A stretch of DNA of 64,000 bases from a virus: the IMG/VR virus record IMGVR_UViG_3300015196_000001. One strand, written 5' to 3'. A model generated the notes under the pieces. That model had not been told where the DNA came from. It was given only the letters and a program-made list of their open reading frames with translations, and did not search any database. Position numbers and translations under genes: made by a program. This document shows positions 1 through 9,921 of this stretch, one piece after another (positions within the stretch are counted from its first letter, which is position 1; each line of letters opens with the position of its first letter).

Positions 1-3000
1 CCAAGCCGGGAGGATGTGCTTCTTCATCTGAAAGCGCGTTAAGGGAGTAACGTTCGCGTATTTTTGATCGATAGGCTTTGCTTTGGTTCCATTGACCTTT
101 GCCTTTTCCGTTTCGTATTCCATAAGCTGTTCGTACACCCCTGAGCCCTGAGGAAATAGGCTTGAGGCAGCCCCAGAAACAATTAGGGTGGAGACGATGC
201 CCTTGTTCAAGGCACTATTCCCAAGCCTCAGTACTTGGTTGCCTTTTTTGTCCACCTTTGGTAGTTCCGTTTTCTTGTCAATCGCTGGCTTTGCAGCTGC
301 AACACGTAGACCACGGATCTTCTGGCACATCTCGGTCACATCATTAAAGGGACGAATCTTTAGTATTTCGCTATGTGCCTTCTCACCAATTCCATGCAGT
401 AGGCTAAGGGGTGCCTGGATGCGATCACCAACAATCTGAAAACCGTCCCCTGATAGCTTGATGTCAGGCATATTGACTAGGTGACGACAAAAACGCCAGT
501 GTTCAGAGTCAATTTTGTTACGATCTTTTTCGTTACGTAGGACGGAAGTCCACCACTCAAGTGGATAATGGCGCTTAAGGAATGCACAGGCATATGTGAT
601 GACCATGTACGAGACGGCGTGGCTGGCGTTGAAGCCGTATTGCCCAAAGGTCTCCATCGATTCCCACAGCTTAGCCGCTTGTGCTTCACCTAGTGACTCC
701 ACTGCTCCCTTCATAAAGATGATACGATCCTTGAACACTTCAGCCATTTGCTTCTTGCCAACGTGCATCCTGAAATTATTTGCTTCAATACCCGTTGCCT
801 TGCCAATCACCTGGAAGGCGTGCTGAAGTTGTTCCTGATAGACAAAAATGCCGTGAGTCTCTGGAAACATTTTGTCAAGAATTGGGAATGCTCCAATGCG
901 TTCGCCCCCGCGCGACCTATTGGCAAACTCTACCAACATGTTGTGCTTTTTTCCATAGCTATCCATTACATAGGCATCTAAAGGGCCGGGGCGATCGAGT
1001 GCCGTAAAAGCAGACAGTGCTTCAATAGAATCTATACCTTTATGCACCGTGCCGTCTGTCTCTACCGACTTAACAAAATCGAATTCTTTTAATCCAATTT
1101 GTGCAGCCGGTTTGTTAAGTTGAAAAACCGTCTCCGTCAAGCCTTCACAGATATCACGAAAAACAGCTTGGTCTATAGGTAAGTCCCAGATGTCATGGTC
1201 TTGTCCTTGAAACGGAACCCGCCTAATACGCGGAACCAGTTTGTCGTTTATGATAATACCGTCTACTCGCTTACCCCCATTACGTTCTTGGACAAGGGTG
1301 ACAGCGGTGGATAGCCGAGCAAGGGCGTCTAGGCCGAGGAAGTCCATTTTAATACCCCCGGAAGCCTCTACACTAGCTGCTGTATAGTCAGTGCAGACCA
1401 CACCTGAAATGTCCAAGGTAGGAATGAAGTTAGACACCGACTCGTTGCAGATGGCATATGCGGAAGCGTGACGGCTCTTCTGTCTTGTTACTCCAAGACA
1501 GCGCTGCACAATCTCCCACTCGTCAGGGTACAGTTTAATATATTCTTTAAGAGGTGCGTCAAACTCTATAATGCCCTTTTCCCAGGTCCCATCCCCGCCT
1601 TTATATCCAAATACGAAGTCGCGGTCTGCAATGCCCTGTGGAGCATTAGGAAGGGCCCCTGCGAGCTTGTTGATGGCAGGTGGGACAATTCCGTCATGTA
1701 GCACCCGCGCAACGTCCTTGATGGAGCTACGGAGCTTTAACGTGGTGTCTACGCTGATCTGGGCGTAGTGGTCCCCGAATCTGGTCTTCAGCCAGCCTTT
1801 TTCGGGATCGATAAGGATATCGCGGTTGGGGAAGTCCAAGTCAATGTCAGGAAGCTTACCTGTCCGAATACGGTCAAGCGTCAAAAACCGGTCTTGCGAT
1901 AGCTTGTATCGAAGTGGATCAACATGGGTAATACCAAGAAGATAGGATGATAGCATGCCCGCTGCTGAGCCGCGTCCAGGACCAGACAACAGATCGGCCT
2001 CCTCATACTTACTGCATGCCTCCTCGGCTAAGAAAAAGTAGGGAAGTAGGTCTAATGTCTTATTCTGGTTCAGAAGGTTAATCTCCGACCCCAGCCGTTC
2101 AAGCATGGCCGAACTGGTCCAATCCATGCGACCATGCTTATCGATCAACGCCTTTAGGTGACCAAGAGTATCCTCGGGGTAAAACTTGGTGGGCAAGGAG
2201 ATACGATCTTTGAAATGAAAGTCCTTGAAGCGTTCAGCCCATTCCTTATTGTTCTTGATCCAGCCATTAAATTTGTCGGCACTGATCCCGATATCCTTGA
2301 AGTATTCAAACGCCTCGTCACTAGACTGTCTGTGATAAGAGGTAGCAAAGCGCCAGCTTCCTCCACCGGCACGCAACTTAATATCCTGAACGATCTTTTC
2401 CTCAGGTTTAGCAAAATGACTGTCGTCGCTAATAAGGCAGGGGTCGTTATAGCTGTGGGCCAGCTCAAGCATGAAAAGGTTGGTACCCTTTTGATAGTCT
2501 CCGTCAGGGGCCCATGGCTTGCACTCATTCGGCAAGAAGCCTTCAACCTTTTCAGCGCTAACAATCTGTTTGGCGTCCAGTTCTTGCCATTCCCGCTTAT
2601 GCTTAACAGCGAGTAGCTTGGTATGCTTGTTGTTTTCTTTACCAAAGCTCTTTACTAGCTCCTCTAGCTTGATTTCACCTGCATCGGTACGTACGGTCTT
2701 GCCGTCGTAGTAAGAAATCTTGGTGCCGTCTTCCAAGCCAACGAATACTTTGTCGCACCAAAAAGTGTCACAGCGGTGCGGAAACATCTCTACGTAGAAG
2801 TTGCCGGGCTTGACTATGGAGCGCAGACGTTCATAGTATTGGATAGCTAGCTCGGGCCGGTCGTTCATCAGATGGCGCTGAACCATCCCGATAAGACACC
2901 CAGATGTCATAGTGATGTTTTTGGAGCCAAGCTCTTCAAGCTGTTCCCATGCAAAGAGAGGCTTGTACTCGCTGCCATGCTTCTCGGTGCGATGCAGCTT

Positions 3001-3363
3001 AGCATGCGAGGTAAGGCGCACGAGTGTCTCGTACGCTTCCTGGTCGAGCGCATGCATAGTAAGGTGCATGTACTTGACGTAGGGAGTAAAGGTACCCTTG
3101 GCGTCTTTAACAAGCCCCTCTTTGGTGAGAATGGGACATTTATCGTCTCGGAAGTAAGCTTCGAGTCCTAGGATAGGGGTCAACTTCTTCTTGAGCGCTA
3201 GATCATAAACCTTGCGACAAACAGAAAGGCTGCCGTGGTCTGTGACCGTGATAGCCCCTGTGCCTAGCTCTATCTCTCGTGCTGCGAATGCTTCAGGTGA
3301 AGAACCTGAGTCTAGTGATTGTACGTGACAGTGGGGGCTCGGGAAGTTGAGAAATTCTTTCAC
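1..3363 (-). CDS. dnaE: DNA polymerase III alpha subunit (family C), 3'-truncated by the window edge
   Basis: Hand translation: open frame from GTG at 3363 to position 1. PHP motifs (HCH..SLD, TDHG, SDDSHF), GPGRGSAAG, LPDIDLDF, SRHASA, KMDFLGL, YQEQL, YGFNASHAVSY. Absent from the ORF track because there is no stop inside the window. Confidence 0.95.
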   Translation of the reverse strand, partial: MKEFLNFPSPHCHVQSLDSGSSPEAFAAREIELGTGAITVTDHGSLSVCRKVYDLALKKKLTPILGLEAYFRDDKCPILTKEGLVKDAKGTFTPYVKYMHLTMHALDQEAYETLVRLTSHAKLHRTEKHGSEYKPLFAWEQLEELGSKNITMTSGCLIGMVQRHLMNDRPELAIQYYERLRSIVKPGNFYVEMFPHRCDTFWCDKVFVGLEDGTKISYYDGKTVRTDAGEIKLEELVKSFGKENNKHTKLLAVKHKREWQELDAKQIVSAEKVEGFLPNECKPWAPDGDYQKGTNLFMLELAHSYNDPCLISDDSHFAKPEEKIVQDIKLRAGGGSWRFATSYHRQSSDEAFEYFKDIGISADKFNGWIKNNKEWAERFKDFHFKDRISLPTKFYPEDTLGHLKALIDKHGRMDWTSSAMLERLGSEINLLNQNKTLDLLPYFFLAEEACSKYEEADLLSGPGRGSAAGMLSSYLLGITHVDPLRYKLSQDRFLTLDRIRTGKLPDIDLDFPNRDILIDPEKGWLKTRFGDHYAQISVDTTLKLRSSIKDVARVLHDGIVPPAINKLAGALPNAPQGIADRDFVFGYKGGDGTWEKGIIEFDAPLKEYIKLYPDEWEIVQRCLGVTRQKSRHASAYAICNESVSNFIPTLDISGVVCTDYTAASVEASGGIKMDFLGLDALARLSTAVTLVQERNGGKRVDGIIINDKLVPRIRRVPFQGQDHDIWDLPIDQAVFRDICEGLTETVFQLNKPAAQIGLKEFDFVKSVETDGTVHKGIDSIEALSAFTALDRPGPLDAYVMDSYGKKHNMLVEFANRSRGGERIGAFPILDKMFPETHGIFVYQEQLQHAFQVIGKATGIEANNFRMHVGKKQMAEVFKDRIIFMKGAVESLGEAQAAKLWESMETFGQYGFNASHAVSYMVITYACAFLKRHYPLEWWTSVLRNEKDRNKIDSEHWRFCRHLVNMPDIKLSGDGFQIVGDRIQAPLSLLHGIGEKAHSEILKIRPFNDVTEMCQKIRGLRVAAAKPAIDKKTELPKVDKKGNQVLRLGNSALNKGIVSTLIVSGAASSLFPQGSGVYEQLMEYETEKAKVNGTKAKPIDQKYANVTPLTRFQMKKHILPAW

Positions 3364-3464
3364 ATGAACACCATAGTAACAAAATTAGCGACTTAATCCT
3401 GCACGTTAGGAGAAGCCCTATCGCACATGCCCAGAATGTAACACGATCAAGTCTATAAACAACT

Positions 3465-3474
3465 ATTATAGCGC
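3465..3474 (-). promoter_or_regulatory. Phage promoter motif GCGCTATAAT (upstream of dnaE)
   Basis: One of 11 NCGCTATANT-type copies at or beside gene starts. Confidence 0.6.
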
Positions 3475-3524
3475 AAAAGGTATTGTAAGCCCAGCTGCGC
3501 TAGCTGCCGCCTTCTTCCGATGGC

Positions 3525-3746
3525 TCACTCATCTGATACCCCGATTAGTGCCTGGAGCTTTGCCACTACTTGTGTATATTGAGCTGCCACATCTTCTTCT
3601 GTGATCATTAACGCAGCTGCAATAACTCGATTGGGGCACCCCTCAGGGTAGCGCTCCATCAAGCGTTTCAGAGAATACTTGTAACGCTTGATGGCAATAA
3701 AGTCAAGGTCGTTATTGATTTTTTTAAGCGTCTCAGTTGTCGTCAT
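3525..3746 (-). CDS. Small HTH protein resembling a stand-alone sigma-70 region 4.2
   Basis: Likely start ATG 3746 (MTTTETLK), 73 aa. PNRVIAAALMITEEDVAAQYTQVVAKLQALI matches the region-4 HTH pattern. Confidence 0.5.
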   Translation of the reverse strand: MTTTETLKKINNDLDFIAIKRYKYSLKRLMERYPEGCPNRVIAAALMITEEDVAAQYTQVVAKLQALIGVSDE

Positions 3747-4137
3747 CTTGGAAGTCTTCCAAAAGAAATAGGTTGTCAAACTCCTCAATTTGCTTTTTAA
3801 CAGACCTTAGGTTAGCTTCAACTAAGGCGACAGTCGCCTTAGCCGCTGCAATGAGGCGTTCATGTTTGAGCAGTTCACTGGTGGCATTCTTATAAAGTTC
3901 AAGGTTGACAATGGCCATCTCCTTGAGGTTCTTATACTCAAGGAAGATGACGCATTTTTTGGTACTACGTAAGAAGGCTAATTGCTCAATCGCGTATTTT
4001 TTAGTTGCTTCAATCGTGAGAAGCGCCTCTTTTTGTTTTGTTACATTTGCTTGGGCACCCCGAATTTCAGACCTTACCTTGCTCAGTACTTCCTTGCCGT
4101 CCTTGAATTTGCGTTCCAGCCCATCCAATGTATCCAT
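3733..4137 (-). CDS. Hypothetical coiled-coil protein
   Basis: 134 aa, K/E/L-rich heptads, tightly coupled to its neighbours. Confidence 0.7.
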   Translation of the reverse strand: MDTLDGLERKFKDGKEVLSKVRSEIRGAQANVTKQKEALLTIEATKKYAIEQLAFLRSTKKCVIFLEYKNLKEMAIVNLELYKNATSELLKHERLIAAAKATVALVEANLRSVKKQIEEFDNLFLLEDFQDDDN

Positions 4138-5270
4138 TAAAGGTCAAACCCTTCGTAAGGAGAAATGATCTTTTCTAGAGAAGCATCGGCATCGGTGGTA
4201 GAATCTACGGTGATAATGCGTAGGTCACCTACCACATGAGCGGCAGTGCTCTCCCAGATGGTCTGGCCGCAAGCGCTTGCCTGGATACCGATAGATACAG
4301 AGAAAGCGTCAGGTGGGATTAGGCACGGATTGGTCATAAATACAGCTCCTGGGAAGCGAGCCTCCGACCTGACATGGACATGACCAGTAGTAAATACACT
4401 ACACGGCTTTTGTCCAGATGCAACAAAAGCGGAATTGATTTTGTTGATCTGACCTTCAATTGATTTGGTATTGATAGCACTGCCTGGATTCCCTGGGTTG
4501 AGTGCGGTATCTCCATGTGTTGCAAAACCAAAATTCTTGAAGATGGGGTATACGTAAAAAGACGACTTAGGGATAATTACTTTTACGTTAGGTAGATGGG
4601 CGGTACTAGCCTTAACGCTAAGGTAGACCATTGTCTCATAGCTGTCCCACTTCTCCTTAATAGCTCGACCTGCGTGCCGATCCTTGCGTCGTCCATGGTT
4701 GCCTGTTACACAATATACTGAGATACCGCGTGGGAAACGCGCAGCAAGGTAAATCAGACCTTGGGTAATATACTGTATCGAAGCCGCTACCTGATCCGCC
4801 ATCGTAGTACCATCACGGGCATCATGCAACATACCCTGAATGATGTCACCATTCAGGTGCACATTAAGAGAGGTTTCGTTACGGTACTGTGACTTAAAAT
4901 CACCTGTCTCTACAATGACTCTACCAAAACGTCGCGCCTCTTCGTGAGGGCCATAAACGAGAGGGGTGTCTTTGCCGTCTAGGTTAGCCCCAAAGTGCGT
5001 ATCGCTAATGATTAAATTGATTTGGCGCTCGATAGAGTGATGCTTGAGCTTCTCTACCTTGGGTGAGCCCCACTTGATACTAGACATTACCTTACCGATT
5101 TTCTCGGTAATAGTGTCAATCTTGTAGGTGTCACGAGCAAGGCCCAAGTTCACCTTCTGGGCCTTGCCGTGATTTAGCTTTTGCTGATCAAGAGAGCCCC
5201 TGGCTCGGAATTCTTCGTAAAGTCGGTCTTCTTCAGCCCCTTGCTCTTGCTTAGCCTTGGACTTACTCAT
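4137..5270 (-). CDS. Calcineurin-like metallophosphoesterase
   Basis: ISDTHFG, NGDII, GNHG, HGD and GHVH motifs in the canonical order. Confidence 0.85.
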   Translation of the reverse strand: MSKSKAKQEQGAEEDRLYEEFRARGSLDQQKLNHGKAQKVNLGLARDTYKIDTITEKIGKVMSSIKWGSPKVEKLKHHSIERQINLIISDTHFGANLDGKDTPLVYGPHEEARRFGRVIVETGDFKSQYRNETSLNVHLNGDIIQGMLHDARDGTTMADQVAASIQYITQGLIYLAARFPRGISVYCVTGNHGRRKDRHAGRAIKEKWDSYETMVYLSVKASTAHLPNVKVIIPKSSFYVYPIFKNFGFATHGDTALNPGNPGSAINTKSIEGQINKINSAFVASGQKPCSVFTTGHVHVRSEARFPGAVFMTNPCLIPPDAFSVSIGIQASACGQTIWESTAAHVVGDLRIITVDSTTDADASLEKIISPYEGFDL

Positions 5271-5812
5271 TACTTCGTCTCTGTTATTTCTGAGGTAACG
5301 GGCACATCTACAATTGAATAAATCTCCTGGATCTCAAATCGACCCAGGTCTTCAGTCTCGATAGAGACACCCACCGGCTGCCCCTCAAACTTCGGCTGAA
5401 ACTCTAGACGTAGATCCTTGAATTGAACCTGGACTCGTCCTGGGTGCCGTAGGGTGCCTTCCTTGGTAAATTCACGACCAACAATGAACGAGGTTGACTC
5501 GACCTTCTCAACCGCCACAAGTCCACCCTCAAGAACTAGCTTGTCAACCTGCGTCTTGGCTGAGTCCGCTTCCTTAGTCTCCCGATCTAGCTTCCGCTTT
5601 TCGACTACAGCGCTAACGGTATCTACGCCTAGTAGTTCAACAACCGAAGAAGCTAGCTCCTTGAGCCCGTCGAGCTGGTTCTGAAACTTACCAAAAACCT
5701 CGTTAATACCATTAACGACCTTCATTAGATCCTGCTCTAGCAGGTCGATCTTGCTAGCAGAATCCTTGGTGCGTTGACGAAGACTTAGCTTGCTTGCGAT
5801 ATTATTTGACAT
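5270..5812 (-). CDS. Hypothetical protein
   Basis: 180 aa ORF, translationally coupled; N-terminal coiled coil. Confidence 0.7.
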   Translation of the reverse strand: MSNNIASKLSLRQRTKDSASKIDLLEQDLMKVVNGINEVFGKFQNQLDGLKELASSVVELLGVDTVSAVVEKRKLDRETKEADSAKTQVDKLVLEGGLVAVEKVESTSFIVGREFTKEGTLRHPGRVQVQFKDLRLEFQPKFEGQPVGVSIETEDLGRFEIQEIYSIVDVPVTSEITETK

Positions 5813-5821
5813 TGTATACTC

Positions 5822-6685
5822 CTATTTTAGGCTTAGGCTTATTGCTGCGGAAATTTGATTCTTGACTTGACTTGCATCTGAACGATCTGCGTTGGCAATA
5901 CCTGGATTAGCGATATTCAACTGAGCTTGCTGCTCAGTAACCATTGTCATTTGAGTGCCCTGGGGCATAGGGAGCGGCTTTAGGGCTCCCGTTGGCTGGG
6001 ACTGAGATGACACGTCTTTTAGAATGGTTTCCCCAGAAACCATTGGATGTGGGATTTCAACAAAACGCTTCTTGCCATTCGTGTTTGTTTGTTTCTTTAC
6101 TAGCTGGCGAGCGCCAGTCATTTGTTGTTTGATACCAAGGCTATCCTGACCCGCTACAGAAGTTTTCGGTGTAGCAACGTGTTTAAGTGTTGGGATATTG
6201 GGTCTTGCCACTGGCAGTGTGTGGCTCGGATTCGGCTTTACCACCGTATTCAGTACAGGTCCCTTTGTTAGGGGGCCATCCATAACTGATGGCCTACCAA
6301 TAACCTTAGCAGCTAAAGCCTTAAGCGCCGCAATCTCTGCGTCCGAAAAAAGAGGCTGGACTGAAGCTACCGATTTAGGTAGTGTGAGCCCTACCAATTC
6401 GCTCAGCTCTCCTTTGACGAACTTTTTAATACGATACGTGACCACCCGAGCTGCATGAGAGGGGTCCGCTCCGAATACAGAATCCTTGAGTAGACAATTG
6501 TAATAGCTAGCCACCTCAAGCCGTTTTTCAATTTCCGTAAGATCGTCATTTAGCTCTTCCTCTTCAAAATTTGAGTCTAAACTGTTAATGACACCCTGAA
6601 CGTTTTGTAGCTCTGGTTCTACGTTTTCGTCTACTTGACTGTCGAATTCTTCGCTGTTTTTGTTAAAGTCAAACGGCATAGTCAC
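5822..6685 (-). CDS. Hypothetical protein
   Basis: 287 aa ORF with RBS (GAGG) and an upstream ACGCTATAAT motif. Confidence 0.7.
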   Translation of the reverse strand: MTMPFDFNKNSEEFDSQVDENVEPELQNVQGVINSLDSNFEEEELNDDLTEIEKRLEVASYYNCLLKDSVFGADPSHAARVVTYRIKKFVKGELSELVGLTLPKSVASVQPLFSDAEIAALKALAAKVIGRPSVMDGPLTKGPVLNTVVKPNPSHTLPVARPNIPTLKHVATPKTSVAGQDSLGIKQQMTGARQLVKKQTNTNGKKRFVEIPHPMVSGETILKDVSSQSQPTGALKPLPMPQGTQMTMVTEQQAQLNIANPGIANADRSDASQVKNQISAAISLSLK

Positions 6686-6694
6686 CTCACAGCT

Positions 6695-6704
6695 ATTATA
6701 GCGT
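6695..6704 (-). promoter_or_regulatory. Phage promoter motif ACGCTATAAT
   Basis: Intergenic, oriented toward the 5822-6685 gene. Confidence 0.6.
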
Positions 6705-6709
6705 AGATG

Positions 6710-8569
6710 TTACCGTACTTCGCAGCCGCCGAGCGATCCACAAGCAATTAAATCACTTCTGGTGGTATTATCATCGACCTCGATAACCTGCCGCAAGTCA
6801 ATCTCGCTTACCAATTTAGACATATCTTCAAATTCCGTCTTGGTACAATCTTGAAAGGGAGCCTGGATATAATTCCCACCGTCATATGGCAGTAATGCGA
6901 TACCCGTATAATGGTCACGATTGGTCCACATAAAGTTACTTACCGCGTCCCACTCATCTTCCCTGACGGAGACAGTGGCGGATACATTGTTCATATTGGC
7001 ACCAGAGCGGTGGCCTGGAGCAATCCAGTTTTTATTGTACATTACTACGCGACTGAGCAAGTCAATAGCACTTTCATCCTTACGGCAGATAGCTCCCACT
7101 GGCGATTCCTGTGGGATCGTAATGATGACTGTGTTGGCTTCGGCTTTGGCCTCTTCAACTAGACCCGGCACAATCGTCTTTAGGTACTTTGCTACTGCGT
7201 CATCTGCATTGATACGGATCCTGCGTAGGTAGTAGGGGGCATGTCGTGCATGGATGCCACTTGCAGAGCCTAGGACGGCACTAGAAGAGCCCTCTGGCTT
7301 AAGTACGGTAGAACGGGCAGCCAAATTGATGCCACCAGCACGTTTAGCGTAGCGGGCGTTGGTGTCAAGTACGAGCTGTGCACCCTCACGTAACCATTCT
7401 GCGGTTATTGCCTTTCCACTGTCAGCAATACCGGTAAAGGATACACCGATCAATGACTCAGACTCAGTAGCCACTTTCCAGTCAGGTCGTAGGTACGGAA
7501 AATCGGTGTAGGCTGCCTGAAGAGTGGCAATAAAGGCAGCCGACTGTACGCGGGCTAGGAAGTCACTCTTATTTACGATACCAGTCTGATTAACTGTGGT
7601 CAGGTTGCAGAACTGCTTTGCCTGTAAACTCACTTCGTGACACGGATTAAATCCCATGTCAGGGTCGTTGGACCAGGAGAAGCCCGGCTCTCCGGCTCCA
7701 CTATTACGAGTAATGTTGAAAATATACTCAAACTCCTCTTTGGTTACTTTGCTACGTGGCAGAAGCGCGCTGTTGTTTGCCCGAGCACGATAAGGGTGCT
7801 GGGTATACCATTCTCCGCTCTTTGCGTGAAGCATCGCATCACTGTCACGATCAAAAAGGGAAATCAGTGCAGCACGTCGAATACCGCCAGCTAAAACGCA
7901 ATCTGAGATGATACAGATAATGTCGTGTACTTCAATATCAGTTAGGTGACGCCCGATCGCCTTTCGTAGGCGCTTCTCGACCTCGATAAGCATGTGCTTC
8001 AGTGGCTCTGGCCCTGGTGCGCGTGCACCAGTAGTGACCAGCAAGGAGCCCTTGGCTCTGATCTGAAAGAAGTCAAATAGTGGGCGCACTCGACCAAAGG
8101 CGTATGCCTCAAATAGAACGTCTAGGGCTTGGGCCCAACCAATAATAGAGTCCTGCACCAGGAAAGCTCCCTCTTCACGCGGCTCCTGGATATGAGGTAG
8201 TTTGTTGATATGGGCTCCCTGAACGGAGAACCCTACTCCAGTACCCGAAAGAAGTAGGAAAAGTACCTCTCCAAAGGCACGTGCGTCGTCAATCGGCAAA
8301 TAAGCGCAGTTGTACTGGCGGGCATTATTCTTGACCACAGCCTGTCCAGCGAACTGCATACCTCGCATTGAAGGCATAACCTCATGCTCGTGTACATGGG
8401 AGTACGCCCGCACAATATCCTTGGACAGCTTTGGGAAGCGATCTAGGTGCATGTTCATATTACGATTGATAGTCTCCTCAAGAGATTCGCGACGACCGAG
8501 CGAGGGGAGGTGTCGTGCGTAAGTGCGAAAGGCTACGATATCACTTAGAAGCTTATTGCTAGTATTCAT
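6710..8569 (-). CDS. nrdJ: Class II (B12-dependent) ribonucleotide reductase, monomeric RTPR type
   Basis: YNCAY, NPCHEVSL (NPCxE), CNLT, LKPEGSSS and C-terminal ACGSLGGCEVR shuttle cysteines. No beta-subunit gene nearby. Confidence 0.9.
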   Translation of the reverse strand: MNTSNKLLSDIVAFRTYARHLPSLGRRESLEETINRNMNMHLDRFPKLSKDIVRAYSHVHEHEVMPSMRGMQFAGQAVVKNNARQYNCAYLPIDDARAFGEVLFLLLSGTGVGFSVQGAHINKLPHIQEPREEGAFLVQDSIIGWAQALDVLFEAYAFGRVRPLFDFFQIRAKGSLLVTTGARAPGPEPLKHMLIEVEKRLRKAIGRHLTDIEVHDIICIISDCVLAGGIRRAALISLFDRDSDAMLHAKSGEWYTQHPYRARANNSALLPRSKVTKEEFEYIFNITRNSGAGEPGFSWSNDPDMGFNPCHEVSLQAKQFCNLTTVNQTGIVNKSDFLARVQSAAFIATLQAAYTDFPYLRPDWKVATESESLIGVSFTGIADSGKAITAEWLREGAQLVLDTNARYAKRAGGINLAARSTVLKPEGSSSAVLGSASGIHARHAPYYLRRIRINADDAVAKYLKTIVPGLVEEAKAEANTVIITIPQESPVGAICRKDESAIDLLSRVVMYNKNWIAPGHRSGANMNNVSATVSVREDEWDAVSNFMWTNRDHYTGIALLPYDGGNYIQAPFQDCTKTEFEDMSKLVSEIDLRQVIEVDDNTTRSDLIACGSLGGCEVR

Positions 8570-9223
8570 TTACATTACTCCGTCACAGATTTTAGCGCCA
8601 CATAGATACGAGGTACCCAAAGAAATAGCGTCAGTCACATCATTGTCTTTCATCTTGAAAGACTTGTTGAAGGTGGCATTTACGTATCGTACTGAAAGAT
8701 GCTTCTTGCTAATTTTTCCCTTGACGCCGATAGTAGCTTTATCAAAGACTGTGCCGTTTTCTTCCGCAAGGCGCTTGCCCTTTGAAAGTAGCTGATTGTT
8801 TTTTTTATCTTCCTTAGTCATTTGTAGGTGTAGGGCAGAGCGCCACATTGAGCTGGAGATATAGTAGACTTCTGGCTTCCAACCGATATTATGGTGATTT
8901 TCAACGAAGGTTTCTTGAAAACGACGCAGAAAAGTACAATGTAGGTATTCTAAAACTTTTTGGGAATACCTGGAAGAGAGCTTGCCCGCGTTCGTCTCTT
9001 CCACCACTATTACATCTGGCTTAACGCGCACCACCACAGCCATCACTCTAGCTATAACATCTTCCACGGCAAAGAGGTAACTGAAAGGGTAGCCACCGTA
9101 CTTGAATACGCTTTGGTGGTTTACAATAGTCCCATATTCGAGGAGACTGGGGACGGTGTCGCGCTCACCTTCGAGTACTGCGAACCCCGTCTTGGTGCTA
9201 ATGTCAAGTGATAGAATCCTCAT
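8570..9223 (-). CDS. RuvC-like Holliday junction resolvase
   Basis: Likely start ATG 9223. MRILSLDISTKTGFAV, IVVEE and DAISLG give the RNase H-fold acidic residues. Confidence 0.8.
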   Translation of the reverse strand: MRILSLDISTKTGFAVLEGERDTVPSLLEYGTIVNHQSVFKYGGYPFSYLFAVEDVIARVMAVVVRVKPDVIVVEETNAGKLSSRYSQKVLEYLHCTFLRRFQETFVENHHNIGWKPEVYYISSSMWRSALHLQMTKEDKKNNQLLSKGKRLAEENGTVFDKATIGVKGKISKKHLSVRYVNATFNKSFKMKDNDVTDAISLGTSYLCGAKICDGVM

Positions 9224-9235
9224 AGGTGTACCTGT

Positions 9236-9245
9236 ACTATAGCGC
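9236..9245 (-). promoter_or_regulatory. Phage promoter motif GCGCTATAGT
   Basis: 12 nt upstream of the RuvC-like ATG. Confidence 0.6.
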
Positions 9246-9289
9246 AAAAGCTCTGAGCCAGCCAAGGCCTCAGAGCTTTTGCCATTACC

Positions 9290-9643
9290 TTACTTTAGCT
9301 GGCTAGTATCCCAGCCAGGAAGACTTCGGTATTCAATATCTCGATTATGTGCAATAGCGTGTTGAATGCCAGCCTCCATACCTTTCGAGATCCCCAAGTC
9401 AGTATAGACCACCGACTTGTCAGCCATGAAGGCCCACTCAAAACCAGCTTCCATCCCTTTCTTCCGTTCTGACTCCTTAGTATCGTCAAGAACACCGGGC
9501 TGCGTGTAAAGTGCGTGACTTGCAAAGGGTGCCTCCCCACGACTCAAGCAATCTGCCATAGCCGCACGCAGATACTTGAGGTTCTTTGCAATGTCACCAG
9601 CGAATGGTGACTCAATAACGACTAGATCGAAGTTCACAGACAT
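9290..9643 (-). CDS. Conserved phage protein, nucleoside deoxyribosyltransferase-like fold (DUF7768/DUF4406-type)
   Basis: VIESPFAGD, GEAPFASHALY, YTDLGISKGMEAGI pattern. Confidence 0.6.
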   Translation of the reverse strand: MSVNFDLVVIESPFAGDIAKNLKYLRAAMADCLSRGEAPFASHALYTQPGVLDDTKESERKKGMEAGFEWAFMADKSVVYTDLGISKGMEAGIQHAIAHNRDIEYRSLPGWDTSQLK

Positions 9644-9917
9644 AGTCTTCCAGTCGATCTTCCATAAACAGGCTACCGACCCCGTGCGCTACGCATTTGG
9701 GTGCCTGCTTCTTCTTGTCAATAGACCAGCTAGACGCTCGTCTAGAACAATCAGGGGCAGAGCAGGTATAAGAAGTAGCCATGCAGCGCAAGCGCCTCCC
9801 AATCCCACCCTCAAACAGGTGTTGCTTGACATTGTGCTTTTCGTTCAAAAAGTCAATAACCTTAAACAGCTCGGCCTCTGTTGCGTCTGTCTTGGGTGGA
9901 TATGTAGACGTGTACAT
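9612..9917 (-). CDS. Hypothetical Cys-containing protein
   Basis: 101 aa ORF in an operon context; CSAPDC...KCVAH. Confidence 0.55.
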   Translation of the reverse strand: MYTSTYPPKTDATEAELFKVIDFLNEKHNVKQHLFEGGIGRRLRCMATSYTCSAPDCSRRASSWSIDKKKQAPKCVAHGVGSLFMEDRLEDYVCELRSSRY

Positions 9918-9921
9918 TTAT

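Noticed and set aside
162-3171. Many short ORFs in the ORF track (e.g. 2154-2645, 2158-2616, 2872-3171)
   Set aside because: They are shadow frames of the continuous minus-strand dnaE ORF.
1-3363. Canonical intein in DnaE
   Set aside because: No C...HN[CST] junction pair was found; only a non-canonical PHP insertion, reported separately at low confidence.
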